Assembly: GCA_964016885.1 (NCBI GenBank)
Contig: OZ024741.1
Span: 175,274,001-175,338,000 of the forward strand
Origin: Eledone cirrhosa
Lineage: Eukaryota
Direction of reading: 5' to 3'
DNA: 64,000 bases
The notes under the pieces are model-generated. The model had not been told where the DNA came from, made no database searches, and saw only the letters and a program-made list of their open reading frames with translations. Below, in pieces: positions 32,324-46,620 of the stretch. Within the stretch, counting starts at the first letter, position 1. The number at the start of each line of letters is the position of its first letter. Both the position numbers and the translations under genes were made by a program.

Positions 32324-33162
32324 CTAGCAGAATGGCCCGGCGTTGCTCGGGTTTCTAAACATAGATTGGCATGTTTATCCCTCCTTTCTGAAACAGTACA
32401 GAGAAGTACGGAATACCTCGGCCTGGGGATGGTGTCTACATTTTGTGCTTATAAAAAAAATTCATCGTAGATTACCAGGGGTTTAACTTAATTGGGTGCC
32501 TGAGAGTAAAGTGTTCAACCCACGAAAGCCAAGACAATAGGGTTAAGTAAAAAGGCATTCGACAAACCGAACATGTATTTGTTGTGCTATGGTACAATGA
32601 ATGCAATAGTTACAGAGCAGTAAATATATGGGACTGCAGTGGTGGAGAGCATGAAGGAATTTAGTTGGATACGTTTAAGGTTACAGGCCCTAATGCAACC
32701 AAAATGCTAAACAATACGGTCCCCGGGCTAAAATTTGAAATCTCTTTCAGTCAAGAAAATTCCTGAAACATAAGCAAAGTTTTAAAAAAATCGGTTGGGT
32801 ACTTCCCGAGTTACAGGCCCTAACGCAACCAAAATGCTTAAAAAAAACCGGTTTTTCGCCTAATGCGGTCCCTGCGGCAAAAAATGAGAAAATCGTTTTT
32901 GCTCAAAACGACATAAATAAGGCAAATTTTGAAAAAATCGCCTGGATTATTGTTCCGTTATGTCTCAAAAAATCCTTTAAAGCCTAAAATATGCGGTTTT
33001 TCGCCTAATGCCGTCCCTAGGGCATTGAAAATTTGAAATATTTTTTTGCTCAAAACACTCACACGACCATAAGTATTACATGTGTAAAGTTTGAAAAAAG
33101 CGGTTGGGTGGTTCTCGAGTTTTAGACAGACAGACAGACATTCTCTGTTTTAGATATATAGA
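32324..33162 (-). mobile_element. Complete non-autonomous Helitron (839 bp)
   Basis: Minus strand A|TCTATATATCTAAAACAGAGAATGTCTGTCTG...CCCGAGCAACGCCGGG-ccattctg-CTAG|T; internal ~120-bp subrepeats; no TSD. Confidence 0.85.
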
Positions 33163-33261
33163 TTTGGTTAAGATTTTTGATGTTCTATTAAGAGAACCGA
33201 TTTTACTGAAAAAATAGAATAATGTACACCATTTTACCAGGGGTAAAAAAAAAATACTGGT

Positions 33262-33344
<83 letters not shown>

Positions 33345-33422
33345 ATCTTAATAGCCATTTGACACACATCGCTGCTAACCATTATCACAACATCGAACAC
33401 CTTACTACTACTACTACTACTA

Positions 33423-33476
<54 letters not shown>

Positions 33477-33509
33477 ACACATATTTGTTGTGAAAGGGTC
33501 ATTTCTCAA

Positions 33510-33727
33510 TCTTGGCGCAAAACCAATTTTTTATTCACATGACCTCTACCGACCAATCAAAATTGTTTTGACCACAAGAATTTTTTCTGGAGCCACTTTT
33601 TTAACATAAAAACAGTCTTGGCGCAAAATCAATTTTTTACATTCACATGACCTCTACCGACCAATCAAAATTGTTTTGACCACAAGAATTTTTGCAAATT
33701 GGAGCCACTTTTTTAACATAAAAACAG
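33510..33727 (+). repeat. Two-copy tandem repeat (~108 bp)
   Basis: tcttggcgcaaaa...cacatgacctctaccgaccaatcaaaattgttttgaccacaagaat...ggagccactttttt occurs twice. Confidence 0.9.
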
Positions 33728-33747
33728 GTAGAATTCCCAAAACTAAT

Positions 33748-33952
33748 CAGATCAGAGCAAACAGCACGGACACTCTATTTCAAAATTATTTTTGAAAAGC
33801 ATTTAGAAATGCGCAACCGGTAAAAACTTAAAAACTTAAAACCACAACTGAATACTAACCCATACAATCACTAATACTCTTTTATTCCTAATTAAACCAT
33901 TTTTCAACTGTGAACAATTTGTCAGCATTTTCTATTCCGTTTACCAATATAT
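33748..33952 (+). mobile_element. PLE-like terminal fragment, family also at 53905-54225 and 54474-54672
   Basis: Near-identical ~200 bp ending ttctattccgtttaccaa-TATA; contains an HHR-like TTGAAAA-gcatt taga aatgc-GCAAC CG GTA. Confidence 0.65.
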
Positions 33953-33982
33953 AATAACTTGTGTGTTACACCTCTATTCTTT

Positions 33983-34019
<37 letters not shown>

Positions 34020-34426
34020 AATTAGTATATATATAAAGAATTAGTATATCTACCATCATATATATACAGATGCATACCTATGCTAGCAAATATATAGGTT
34101 TTGTCTTAGTAACTTTGTGGTTCAATGCAAGGGGATGCAGAACAATTATATGAATGACGCAAAATAAGAACATTTTTAAAATTAACTTACTTACTAAAAT
34201 TTCACTCCAACTAATTACTTTCTGAAAGGGAATAAACATGGTTTCCAAATGGAAAGCATGGAGAAGCCGTTTCGTCATCAGGAAGTCTGTTCTAAGCTAA
34301 GATACCTGGCGATGCGTGGACACAGGGAACTTATACACAAATAATTCAGTGGATGGAAACGGCTTCTCCATGCTTTCCATTTAGAAACCATGTTTATTCC
34401 CTTTCAGAAACTAATTAGTTGGAGTG

Positions 34427-34505
<79 letters not shown>

Positions 34506-35138
34506 AAATACATAACATCCCAATGAAAAGATATCGCTACAATAATCTCATTTGCTTCTATGAATGAAATTATTTTAGTGATCTCTTTTCATTGAGATGT
34601 TATGTAAATTCTGACAAATTTAATCATGTCTAATTTACTGCTTCCTATATAGACGGTCTTTATTGACTGCTATTTTTAGTGGCATTCAAAGTCCGTCACT
34701 TTGTTCGTATATACAAATATATGTACCTTGTTGATAAATATACGCATGCGTATTGGATTAATTTATTACACCACGCGGGTTCAATGGCGAACGAATATAC
34801 TTCTTTTAACAGGTATATAACTTTATTTTCTTATACCACACAGAAAAATCCTCTGAAGAGAAATCCTTTTGTTAACGATTGACATGTCAATCTATTGAAA
34901 GGCTATCTGTTATTCTTTGGATTTTGAAGCTGCAGCGAGGATAATTTCTATCAGAAACAATATTGAAGGAAAAAGAAAAACAACAACAACAACAATAATA
35001 ACAACAATAATAATAATGATAATAATTGCAGATACATATATTCGTATTCATAAATGTATAGATGCTTATAAAAGTATCCATTAATTACAATGTTTGCTCA
35101 ATGAATAAATTAACTAAATCCTTAATCAATTAATAAAA

Positions 35139-35317
35139 GCAGTATCGGTAGAGGGTCGGACGCCATGCTTTGACGCATAGAGTTACGGCCCTTGCCATTC
35201 TGAGTTCAAATCCCGCCGAGGTTAACTTTGCCTTTCATCCTTACGGGGTCGATAAAATAAAGTACCAGTAATGTACTGGATAATTTCTGGCCTTGTGCCA
35301 ATAGTAGAAACAATTAT
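35139..35317 (+). mobile_element. tRNA-derived SINE family A (young)
   Basis: A/B boxes; central ttgcctttcatcc..ggggtcgataaaataaagtaccag; tail ...tagaaacaattat. Near-identical to 45555 and 55109. Confidence 0.85.
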
Positions 35318-35736
35318 AAATTTAATAATGGGTAAAGTAAAGTAATTAAGATAACAATTTACCACAAAATAACTCGTGATTCTTACTGCAGTTTTGACCT
35401 TAAGAATAAAAACCCCAAATTCTAATAATTTAGCATATAGGATTATGAGAACAGGACTCTTCAGATAAGGAGAAGTTGACGTACACAGGGAGATTGACTC
35501 GCAGAGAAAAATGTTGGCTAGTTTTAACAACAAAATGGTGTGGAAGATTTATATATAGAGTAGTAGATTTATTCCTAAGTTACTGTGCAGTGATATGGAA
35601 GCTGAATATTCTGATTGATGAAGCAAATGTTTTAGCCACACACTATGTTTGCGCCCAAATATATTGTTTCGTGTGTTACGGAAATCCACCCCTCCATCTT
35701 TCCATAATATATACTCGTATCTCCTTATCATTCTCT

Positions 35737-36069
<333 letters not shown>

Positions 36070-36581
36070 CATGGGAAATAAATGATAATAGTAGATAATA
36101 ATAGAAATAATAGATACTATAAAACATAAATAACGGAATATATTAAGCCACTAAGTTTTAAATAAAATAAAAAATTACAACTTCTAACAGTATTTTATGT
36201 CAGTAAAGATCTGCTGCAATCGTTGGATTATAAGAAATGGTTGGAAAAATGTCGATGATTCCTAGGTTTCGAATGATCAAACGGATAGAAAATATTAAAT
36301 AAATCAATACATACTTCATATATGCAAAATCCAATAATAAACTGCGGGGGGTATTGGATATCTACGTGGTTTCCAGCAAAAACCACGAAATTTATGATGA
36401 TAGACTTTTAACCCTTATCTATAATAATACACCCACACATTGCATAAAAATATCATTTTAATCGCATTCTATAGATAGATAAATTTTCATTATAGTTTTA
36501 TAATTTTGATTTAGGCTTAAAAGAAACCCCTTTATATATATAGGAATATTCTTCAAATCTCGCAACTACTTTACACCAAAA

Positions 36582-36641
<60 letters not shown>

Positions 36642-36793
36642 AACACACACACACATGTATATATTAAAAGGGAAGTATCTGTCAAAATGGCAAGAGCTCA
36701 GCCGCCGGGCACCGACTCTTTCTATATAATCATACTCTACTATCCCACGTATCAAGTACTCTGTTGAATATTGATCTTACTAGTAGTTTCGTA

Positions 36794-36879
<86 letters not shown>

Positions 36880-36909
36880 ATATATATAATTATTTATATA
36901 TATATATAT

Positions 36910-36996
<87 letters not shown>

Positions 36997-37010
36997 TACA
37001 ACAGTGACAT

Positions 37011-37217
37011 AAACAGGTATTCAAGTTTCGTTGGGTTCTGGGCGCCAATTCATTCAGACTGTCATGAGAAAAATAAAAACAGGCTGAATGAATTGGGGTC
37101 CAGAACCCAACGAAACTTGAGTGCCCGTTTATGTGACTGCTCAAATTATTTATACTAAGCTCGTCCTATGGAATCAGTGCTCTTACTCTTGGCTATTTCC
37201 ATTTAACTTTTACTTTA

Positions 37218-37220
<3 letters not shown>
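37011..37220. mobile_element. Head-to-head PLE termini with a variant hammerhead (CTGAATGA)
   Basis: Inverted arms 37011-37062 and 37079-37139. Consensus of the arms: aaacagg|CTGAATGA|a-ttggg..cccaa-c|GAAAC TTGA GTA|cctgttt. Confidence 0.6.
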
Positions 37221-37256
<36 letters not shown>

Positions 37257-37374
37257 TATATCATTTTAATTTTAATTTTAATTTTAATGTTTTTACCCAC
37301 TTTTTAATCCCCCTCTTTTTAATATCTTTCCACCACTCCCCCTCACACCCTAGGAACTCTTTTCCTTCCCACTT

Positions 37375-37410
37375 TTCTCCTGATGAAGGGCTTATGCCCG
37401 AAACGTCGTC
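37375..37410 (+). ncRNA. Minimal hammerhead motif (stem I decayed)
   Basis: CTGATGA a-gggc ttat gccc GAAAC GTC, within a fragment flanked by (TA)n. Confidence 0.65.
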
Positions 37411-37485
37411 CCCCCCTCTCAGACGTGAACCTAATACTAACACTTTGCACTGCACTCTTCGTTATTGTTTTTGTTTTCTGTTTAA

Positions 37486-37564
<79 letters not shown>

Positions 37565-37690
37565 AATAAGGAGTTGACCCACCCAGCATATTTATCAATG
37601 CCAGGACCGGTTGTATCTCAGCGTACTCAATAGGTAGTGTAGGATACATTCCCAGAGTATACACATAGCAAAACGGGTGCCTATAATAGT

Positions 37691-37803
37691 TTCCGGACTC
37701 GAGTTTCGGCCACACTTAATGCAGCAGTAGGGTGTACTGCACCTTCTGTCTGCATATATTATGCAACAATGCATAATCGGCGTATGTGGCTTCATCAGCG
37801 GGT
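37691..37803 (-). ncRNA. Type-I hammerhead with a large branched stem II
   Basis: ccg|CTGATGA|a-gccacat...(internal hairpins)...gtgtggc-c|GAAAC TCGA GTC|cgg. The host fragment (~37565-37990) ends in (TA)n. Confidence 0.75.
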
Positions 37804-38241
37804 ATCGCCTAATCAATAACCAATCAATCGACAGAATCCAAACCCCAGCCCATGCCGGCTATGACTGTTTGTGACGGCCGACATAGTAAAGTGAATAGCA
37901 GCTGGAATCCGATACAATTCTATCCCTCGACCAGCCACCGAGTTACGTGGTGGCTGGAGAATAGAAAACAAATCTTTTAGTCAAAAGCTCTCATGCAACG
38001 TGTCTCAAACACAAATTAATAAGAAGTGAAAAGATGGTTATTAGAAATAGCAGTCCCACATCAACTGACGAATGCGAGAAAGTTCTCCAGGAAAGTTAAC
38101 CAGGAATCTTTAAAAATCTTCCCACCGAAGTTAACAAAGAACTTACTAGATCTACAAAACTAAATTGTAAAGTTATAATATAAAATCAAATCAAATTGTT
38201 TAGAACTACAAGTGAAGTCATTCTTTTCCTTTTTTCAAATA

Positions 38242-38960
38242 TACGAGGTGTATCAGAAAAGTTCCAGGACTGATGTCACAAAAGATTTATTTCAAACCCA
38301 AACTTCACACTAACAGTTTTCTCCTTCAAAGTAATCCCCCTGGAGTATGTAACAGTAATCTTAACTCTCTGCAGCGATCAAACTTTTCCCTTCATAATTT
38401 TATATACCTGTCCTCTGTTTCAGGTCGTCAAGCAATGAGCATAGAGCAACAAACAAACTTGAAAACTCCGTCAGAAGAACTGGGATTGCTGCAGCAAGTG
38501 TATGGAGATGAGACGATGTCACGTTCACGTGTTTTTGAGTGGTGCCAGAGGTTTAAAGAAGGGCGCAAGGACGTGGAAGATGACCCCAGGAGCGGAAGGC
38601 CCTCGACAACAAGGACTGAGGTCAACGTTGAGAGCGTCAGGCAGATGGTGCGTAGCAATCGTCGGCTGACTGTTCGACTGATGGCAAATGAGCTGGGCAT
38701 GAATCGGGACAGCGTCTGGAAGATTCTCACTGAAGATTTGGACATGCGGAAAGTCTGCGCGAAGATGGTGCCAAAACTGCTGAACGATGAACAGAAGGGT
38801 CGACGCATGCAAGTGTGCCAGGACATCCTCGAGTGTCTTGAAACCGAACCAGACTTATAGGGACAGTCATCACCGGTGATAAGTCATGGATCTTCGAGTA
38901 CGACCCGGAGGGGACCCGTTTTGAAGATGTGGACGACATCAAAAAGGCCGTAAAGACAGT
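38242..38960 (+). mobile_element. Mariner transposon remnant (5' TIR + internally deleted transposase)
   Basis: TA|CGAGGTGTATCAGAAAAGT TIR-like start; HTH region W..RFKEG..DVEDDPRSGRP, MVPKLL, ITGD.SW..YDPE fused directly to GTRFEDVDDIK; no 3' TIR seen. Confidence 0.88.
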
Positions 38961-39109
38961 ATATAAGGATTTATATGTACAATTATCCATGTTGTAGCCA
39001 TGCATTTTGTTTTCTATATATCCAGAGTATGCCTAGCTACATTTATATATTTTGTTGGATCTCTATGGCAATCGACGGTGAGTAACCAGTATTTGTACAT
39101 ACTTTAAAC

Positions 39110-39260
39110 CAGGCATGGGCACCTTTCTCGAGCAGTGGGCCTTACTACTAAAGGATGTGACTTATCATATGGCGGGCCGCACTACTAGAAACTTCAAGGC
39201 AATTTTGGAATTAGGCGAGCCATTCAGAAAGCCAAACGGGCCGCAGTTTGCTCATAACTG
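39110..39260. mobile_element. hAT-type MITE (151 bp)
   Basis: Imperfect TIRs CAGGCATGGGCA / TGCTCATAACTG and a perfect 8-bp TSD CTTTAAAC (39102-39109, 39261-39268). Confidence 0.85.
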
Positions 39261-39267
39261 CTTTAAA

Positions 39268-39432
39268 CGTTTCTACTATAGGCACAAGGCCAGCAATTTG
39301 GGGAGCGGGGAAAGTCAATTAAATCGACCCCAGTGCATTACTAGTGCTTTATTTCATCGACTCAGTAAAGATAAAAGGCATAGCTTTATGCCGCAGAGCT
39401 TAGTGTTTGAAGCTCTACCGATACTGCCAATT
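39268..39432 (-). mobile_element. SINE family A (deleted)
   Basis: ggcacaaggccagcaat...gtcaattaaatcgaccccag...ctctaccgatactgccaa. Confidence 0.7.
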
Positions 39433-39740
39433 TGCAACCCAAACGATTATTATTTATAGAAAAATGATAAAGCTGTGTTTCTACTGTACATATCGCCAAA
39501 ATAGTTTAGTGAACTTTCTACTCTTGTTGCGCAAATATAGCGTTTGTTATTTAAGCATAATTTAATTCGGATATTTGGTAATTTTCACTTTGATCAGTCA
39601 CTGTTGCACCCATTTTCGATTTTGTGCTGTGAGTCTTTCATTCTTTGTTTCTCTCTCTCTCTCCCTCCCTCTCCCCGTCTGTCTCTCTCTCTCTTTCTCT
39701 CTACAATATAAATATGCATTATACATTCATACGTATATAT

Positions 39741-39811
<71 letters not shown>

Positions 39812-39815
<4 letters not shown>

Positions 39816-39950
39816 TTTCGTTTCTGAATTTGTTTAGCAAGATTCTTTATCTGAAAACGTGTGTTGAAACCGATATTGGAAGGTCATGTTGCCAATAAGA
39901 AACACACGCTTTCACTTCAATGACCCTCCCAAAGTATAACAATATATATA
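39812..39950. mobile_element. Miniature head-to-head Naiad-type termini between TA tracts
   Basis: Minus arm matches 21160-21277; plus arm is atgaccctcccaaagtataacaata-TATA. Confidence 0.75.
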
Positions 39951-40064
39951 TATGGTTGACTGAATATGCACGCGTATTCCCCCACCTTATTTTTCTCATT
40001 TCTCCCCCGGTTCTTCATCTTCACATTCTTTATCTTTCTATTTTATCTTCTATTTCTAACTCTA

Positions 40065-40100
40065 TCTTCTGATGAAGGACTAGTGTCCGAAACGTTAAGA
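40065..40100 (+). ncRNA. Minimal (probably dimer-dependent) hammerhead
   Basis: tctt|CTGATGA|a-ggac tagt gtcc|GAAAC GTT|aaga. The downstream gctatttcaagcgtta is shared with ~51570. Confidence 0.75.
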
Positions 40101-40176
40101 CTCTTTTTCTGCTATTTCAAGCGTTAGACTAATATATTTCTTCAATGCACACAAACGAACGAACGCGCGCGCGCGT

Positions 40177-40246
<70 letters not shown>

Positions 40247-40402
40247 TACGGATGTCACCGAATTTATTTTAGTGACTACCGGTCATAGCTTACATAGCTT
40301 ATATATATAAACCCTGAACTGCTTGTGGAGCCTTAAGGATGCCGCCGTGACATTTAAACCGGACAGAGACCATCACTCACCAATTCTGAACACAACCATT
40401 TT

Positions 40403-40416
40403 CTTGTTGTTGTTGT

Positions 40417-40462
<46 letters not shown>

Positions 40463-40541
40463 CTTCTTCTTCTTCTTCTTCTTCTTCTTCTTCTTCTTCT
40501 TCTTCTTCTTCATGAGAGAGAGAGCGAGAGCGAGATAGTGA

Positions 40542-40574
<33 letters not shown>

Positions 40575-40612
40575 GGAGAGAGAGAGCGAGAGAGATAGAG
40601 AAATAGAGAGAG
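40403..40612. repeat. (TTG)n-(TTC)n-(GA)n compound microsatellite
   Basis: Seen directly. Confidence 0.95.
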
Positions 40613-41280
40613 AAAAGGATCGGCTTCAGTATTTGACTACTTTGCCAATTCGTACACACACGCACTCACACACACATATATGTTAAATTTAATGTAGATA
40701 TAGTGCTTTCGTTTTTGGAAGCTTCACTGAAAAGAATGAAGTGTAAACATTTTCACATATGTTATATGGATTAATAAAATAATTGCTAAGTTGTGATACA
40801 CAATACAACGTTTGTTGGATAATATGAAATGTAAGGTGGACTCTTTTAATAAACATACACTTTAACCTTGCTGTCGAAAGTAAACAAAATATAAAATATA
40901 TTACTTTTACTTCTAAAACCATGTTTTATGTTCGTAAAGATTTACTACAACTGTTAGACTGCAACAAAAGATAGGAATAGTGGCGTTGGCTCTCTGGTTT
41001 ATATATGTTCAAACGGATAGATAATATATAAATCAATGCATGCGCCATGTATAAGAATAATATAAATTTTGAACGAATCACTTTTCAACAGAAAGTAATT
41101 TTATGCTGCACCTTTAACTCCTATCTATAACAACATTCTCTTATCGAAAAAAAAAATCTATTTAATCTTGTTTCAAACACAAACCATGGAGCAACATTCC
41201 CCATATTTTCATGTATTCGACTTCTCCACGATATCCCTCTGCGTTTTTGTTACGTTGCTTTGATAAGATAAAATATAAGC

Positions 41281-41391
<111 letters not shown>

Positions 41392-41990
41392 AAGACCGAG
41401 GCGGTCTTCTGCAACTGGTAACAGAACGGGAGAATTCCCTGTGCTGTGACCAAAGGTGTAGTCACGCTAGTGAGGAAGGACGAGAACAAGGGGGACGATG
41501 TAAATAATTTCAGGCCCATAACTCTGCTAAATACAGAGTTACAGATTTTGGCCAAGGTGCTAGCAAAGAGGTTGGCGCTTGTCGTGGGCAACCTGGTGGG
41601 AGATGCGCAGACATGTGCTATCCCGTCCAGGTCCATCCACGACAAGCTCCACCTCATGTGATACATCATAGAGAGGGTTGGGAACGAACCCGTCTTTGGT
41701 GGGGCCCTGATCAACTTGGATCAATCTAAGGCGTTCGATAGGGTCGACCATGGTTACCTGGATGCGGTGCTAGCGGCGGCAGGCTTCAGACCCGTTTTCA
41801 GGGGCTGGATCACTGCCATGCATAACAGCCGCATCTGCTTTAGGGTCAAGGTGAACGGGTAGCTCTCGGAGCCGTTCGAAATCACGCGGTCCATCCGACA
41901 AGGGTACCCTCTCTCCTCCCTTCTGTATGTAATGACTCTAGAGCCACTGCTGCGGAAGTTGGAGTTGTTGCAGGGCATCCCGTTGGAACC
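41392..41990 (+). mobile_element. Tx1/L1-group LINE RT fragment after an (ATCT)n tract
   Basis: NFRPITLLNTE..ILAKVLAKRL, LDQSKAFDRVDH, RQGYPLSSLLY...EPL, with in-frame stops. Confidence 0.88.
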
Positions 41991-42028
41991 AGTTATTGAT
42001 ACAAATTAGAAGCAGCTATATATTTATA

Positions 42029-42080
<52 letters not shown>

Positions 42081-42086
<6 letters not shown>

Positions 42087-42871
42087 CTTAGAGTTTAGAC
42101 TCAGAGAGGTCATTTACAATCATTTCAGCTCTAGGAATTGCTTCTGAGCAGTATAAATTAATATTTGATGAACATTTACATGTTATAGTTGCAATTGACT
42201 AATAAGATCGCTAGAGTGAAAAATCTTAATTCAACAACATAAGGTCTGCCTGTACGATCTAGAAAATAATAAATCAATACTCACAGACTCATATGGGCAA
42301 AAAGCCTTGGTACCTAGACACGTTTAAAATTCAAAATACAAACTTTTTCCGCAGATCGGTCAGAACTTCAAACTTCAAACATGTTTCACAAAGGATGGTA
42401 TAATAGTAAAATAATTAACTAATTAGCAGTGAGTTAATCAACTTTTTCTGTGTTTATCAATAGGCACCCAGATAAAAATAAAATAAAATAACTCAACCTT
42501 AGAAAAATATCTAAGGTCTGGTTAGCGTAGCGAAAATACACGAGGTTTTGCACACGGCTTATTCCAGTCCTCTAACGTCCCACACATAGTGCTAGAAATA
42601 ACAGCCGTTTGTATGGGATTACAAAATTCAGCTCACCTTGGGGAGCAGTGATAAATAGCTTAGAGTTTAGACTCAGAGAGGTCATTTACAATCATTTCAG
42701 CTCTAGGAATTGCTTCTGAGCAGTATAAATTAATATTTGATGAACATTTACATGTTATAGTTGCAATTGACTAATAAGATCGCTAGAGTGAAAAATCTTA
42801 ATTCAACAATATAAGGTCTGCCTGTACGATCTAGAAAATAATAAATCAATACTCACAGACTCATATGGGCA
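42081..42871 (+). repeat. Near-identical 219-bp direct repeat (period 572)
   Basis: 42081-42299 versus 42653-42871; one mismatch seen. Confidence 0.9.
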
Positions 42872-43112
42872 TATGTATATTCAGTAATTAGGAGTATTCC
42901 AAAGCTTGGTAGAACAAGTTGTGAGGAAAGTTCTCAACATACGTTAAGGTGACTCAACAGGTTGGTAGGGATTCAGTAGTGGAAACACGAACAAACGAGG
43001 AGTGTAATCAAAGAAGAGAGAAATAGGACGAAGGTAAACAGTTACAAAAGAATTTAATCCACGTATTAACAATTGTTTCATCAGAATTTCAGTCCATTAT
43101 TGCTACACTATG

Positions 43113-43195
43113 TAATTGTTTCTACTTTAGGCACAAGGCCAGCAATTACCCAGTGCATTACTGGTACTTTATTTTATCGACCCCGTAAGGAGGCA
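43113..43195 (-). mobile_element. SINE family A 3' fragment
   Basis: taattgtttctactttaggcacaaggccagcaattacccagtgcattactggtac... Confidence 0.75.
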
Positions 43196-43224
43196 ATCAA
43201 GAAAGATACTGTAGCATCCGAATT

Positions 43225-43256
<32 letters not shown>

Positions 43257-43669
43257 AAGAGACAAAGCAAACTTTGTTTATGAAACAACGAGCGAAATTT
43301 GAAAATAAAGCATATATTTCTACTTTATTTTCAGAACTTTCCAGTCGAGAAATATGCACACTATTATCCTTCTTTTCTTTACCTTCGTCCGATCACAAAT
43401 TTAATACTGTTGTCCACTGTGGTTTCCCCACACGAAACAAAATATTATGAAAATTGAAGAACAAAAAAAGATAGATGGCATGAGAGGCCTTGACTATTAG
43501 AGTCGACAAGGAAAGCTCAAACACTATTCTCTCCAACGTCGCCTTGAGCGCTACATTATCTGCATGATGTGGGAAATATTGCATCAGCATTACCCAAATG
43601 ATGTTGGCATCATCTTTAAAGTACACTTAAAGCTTGGGCTCAGCCATCGGACCTCGACTCTTTATATAA

Positions 43670-43763
<94 letters not shown>

Positions 43764-43871
43764 TCACACACATATATATGTATATGTATGTATATATATA
43801 TGTATTTTTTGTATCTATATATACACATATGTACATATATATATATGTACATATATGTACATATATATATA

Positions 43872-43976
43872 TGTTGGAGACGCAGGACATGGCAGCGATA
43901 ATGAGGGACAGAGACCGCTGGAGAGAACTCGTCCATGGATCTCGGGAATTTTACCCGCCCTAGAATAGAATAGAAT
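43872..43976 (+). mobile_element. RTE LINE extreme 3' end with (TAGAA)n tail
   Basis: [20 protein letters not shown] followed by tagaatagaatagaat. Confidence 0.65.
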
Positions 43977-43987
43977 ATATATATATT

Positions 43988-44030
<43 letters not shown>

Positions 44031-44032
<2 letters not shown>

Positions 44033-44186
44033 CGAAGGAAATGTGGTAAGGAACCAGATGGACCATAACGCACCAAAGTACTCAATACTTAGGGTAGTAG
44101 AGTGGGTAATAGGAACGAGTGGGAACGTCCAGAATTAGCCGTCGAAACGGCTTGAGCTCAGCCGTCGGGGTCCTACTCGTTCCTAT
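44031..44186. mobile_element. Head-to-head termini of an HHR-bearing PLE family (also 16267-16502)
   Basis: Minus arm 44031-44125 and plus arm 44130-44184 overlap in tcc(t/c)actcgttccta. The plus arm has the HHR 3' half GAAAC GGC ttgagctca GCC GTC. Confidence 0.65.
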
Positions 44187-44234
44187 ATATATATATATAT
44201 ATACATATATGTATATATATGTACACACACACTC

Positions 44235-44291
<57 letters not shown>

Positions 44292-44746
44292 CAAAAACTC
44301 TCAACTCTCATGTACACAAACACATCTCTATGACAAATTAAAAGACAATAACAATAGATGATTAGAACAAGCAATAGGAAAATGAAACAGAAACAGACGA
44401 CAAAAATAATATACAAAAAAAAAAAAAGACATAATGTGAAAAATATTAATTCCAAAGTAGATATATTTCAACATCAAATATACTTTTATGTTATTAACGA
44501 TGTACTACAACTGTTTGGCTGCAAGACTTATAGGAAAATTGGCGTTGATTCTAAGCTTTATATATCTTATTCAAACGGCTAGAAAACAATAAATAATAAA
44601 TAAATGTATAAATCAATAAAGATCCTATATAGAAAAATATTATATACTTGAGGCTTAGAAAGAATCTACTCAGTTTCATGCATAAAGAAAATAACTTTAC
44701 GATGCACTTTTAACCTATGATTATATAGATATTCACATCCAATAAT

Positions 44747-45435
<689 letters not shown>

Positions 45436-45554
45436 TGTGTTTGTAGTCTATGTACATATTTATTGTTACAATCGTACGTTCGTCGTATTCTGCTACGTTT
45501 CGTTATATTTCATATCTTCGACTTTCTCTGTATTTTCCCTAGAGTTTTATTTGC

Positions 45555-45739
45555 ATTGGCAGTATCGGTAGAGAGTCGGACGCCATGCTTTGACGCATAG
45601 AGTTACGGCCCTTGCCATTCTGAGTTCAAATTCCGCCGAGGTTAACTTTGCCTTTCATTCTTACGGGGTCGATAAAATAAAGTACCAGTAATGCACTGGG
45701 ATAATTGCTGGCCTTGTGCCAAAAGTAGAAACAATTATT
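45555..45739 (+). mobile_element. SINE family A (young)
   Basis: Near-identical to 35139-35317. Confidence 0.85.
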
Positions 45740-46475
45740 TGGAAGAGAGAAAAATACTGAAGTTTGAAAAATATAACCTATCTTTCTCTCTCTATCTCAC
45801 ACTCTCATATATTTATTTAACACGTAGGCCATTCCATTGACCGAACAATTGAAAAAGCTCAACTTTGAACAAACGGAGGTCAATTTATTCATCTGTTACA
45901 ATATATCAAAAATTTGGTTAAGGAAGTCATGTCTGAGAGTATCAGAATCATGCGCCATATCACCTGTGGACATATGCTCTAAGATTTCAGGTAGTAAATC
46001 CGAGCATTTATATTGAATTAAAAGTAAGATGACGTATATATGTAAAATAAACACATCAAATAGTACAGGGGATAATTTGTAAAGAGTGTAAACACACATA
46101 GTTACGGAGGTAACATTAAAAATTAAACAAGAATTTAGAATATAGATACCTTTCAATAATGATTAATCTCCTTTGTATATATTCCATTGAAGAAATATAT
46201 TTCACCATTAATCAGTAAATCAAACATGTCAAATCTTGGATAATCGGCAAAGGAGAAAATTTAACCATTTATGACCACACACTACTAGCAAATCATGGAA
46301 TGGCGGCGTAAAAGCACGTACAGTATAAAATTACATGTCGCCCCGCCGCCTAGCCCGTGGCGTGAAAAGGGTTATCGACAGCTAGCAATAACAGCCGAAC
46401 CCTTTCAACATAATAAGCTCTACTAAAATATACCTAGGAGCTGTACATATAAAAAATTAGATTACAATATATTAA

Positions 46476-46620
46476 GGCGACTAATTGACAGAGTCGTTAA
46501 CACGTCACATAGAATGCTTTGTAGTATTCGTCTCACCCCATTGCGCGCTCTGTGGTCAACTTTGCCTTTCATCCTTTCGAGGTCGATAAAAAAGTACCAG
46601 TCCAGTTCTAGGGTCGAGTC
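46476..46620 (+). mobile_element. Old SINE family A
   Basis: ggtcaactttgcctttcatcctttcgaggtcgataaaaaagtaccag. Confidence 0.65.

Noticed and set aside
32680-33060. Spaced ~120-bp repeats as a CRISPR-like array
   Set aside because: Degenerate internal subrepeats of a Helitron in eukaryotic DNA; no constant repeat with unique spacers and no cas genes.
43563-43612. SECIS-like ATGA...TGAT hairpin
   Set aside because: Helix irregular, no properly placed apical AA, and no associated UGA-containing ORF.
46340-46375. piggyBac-like end (..AAAAGGGTTA)
   Set aside because: No matching left TIR or TTAA duplication found.
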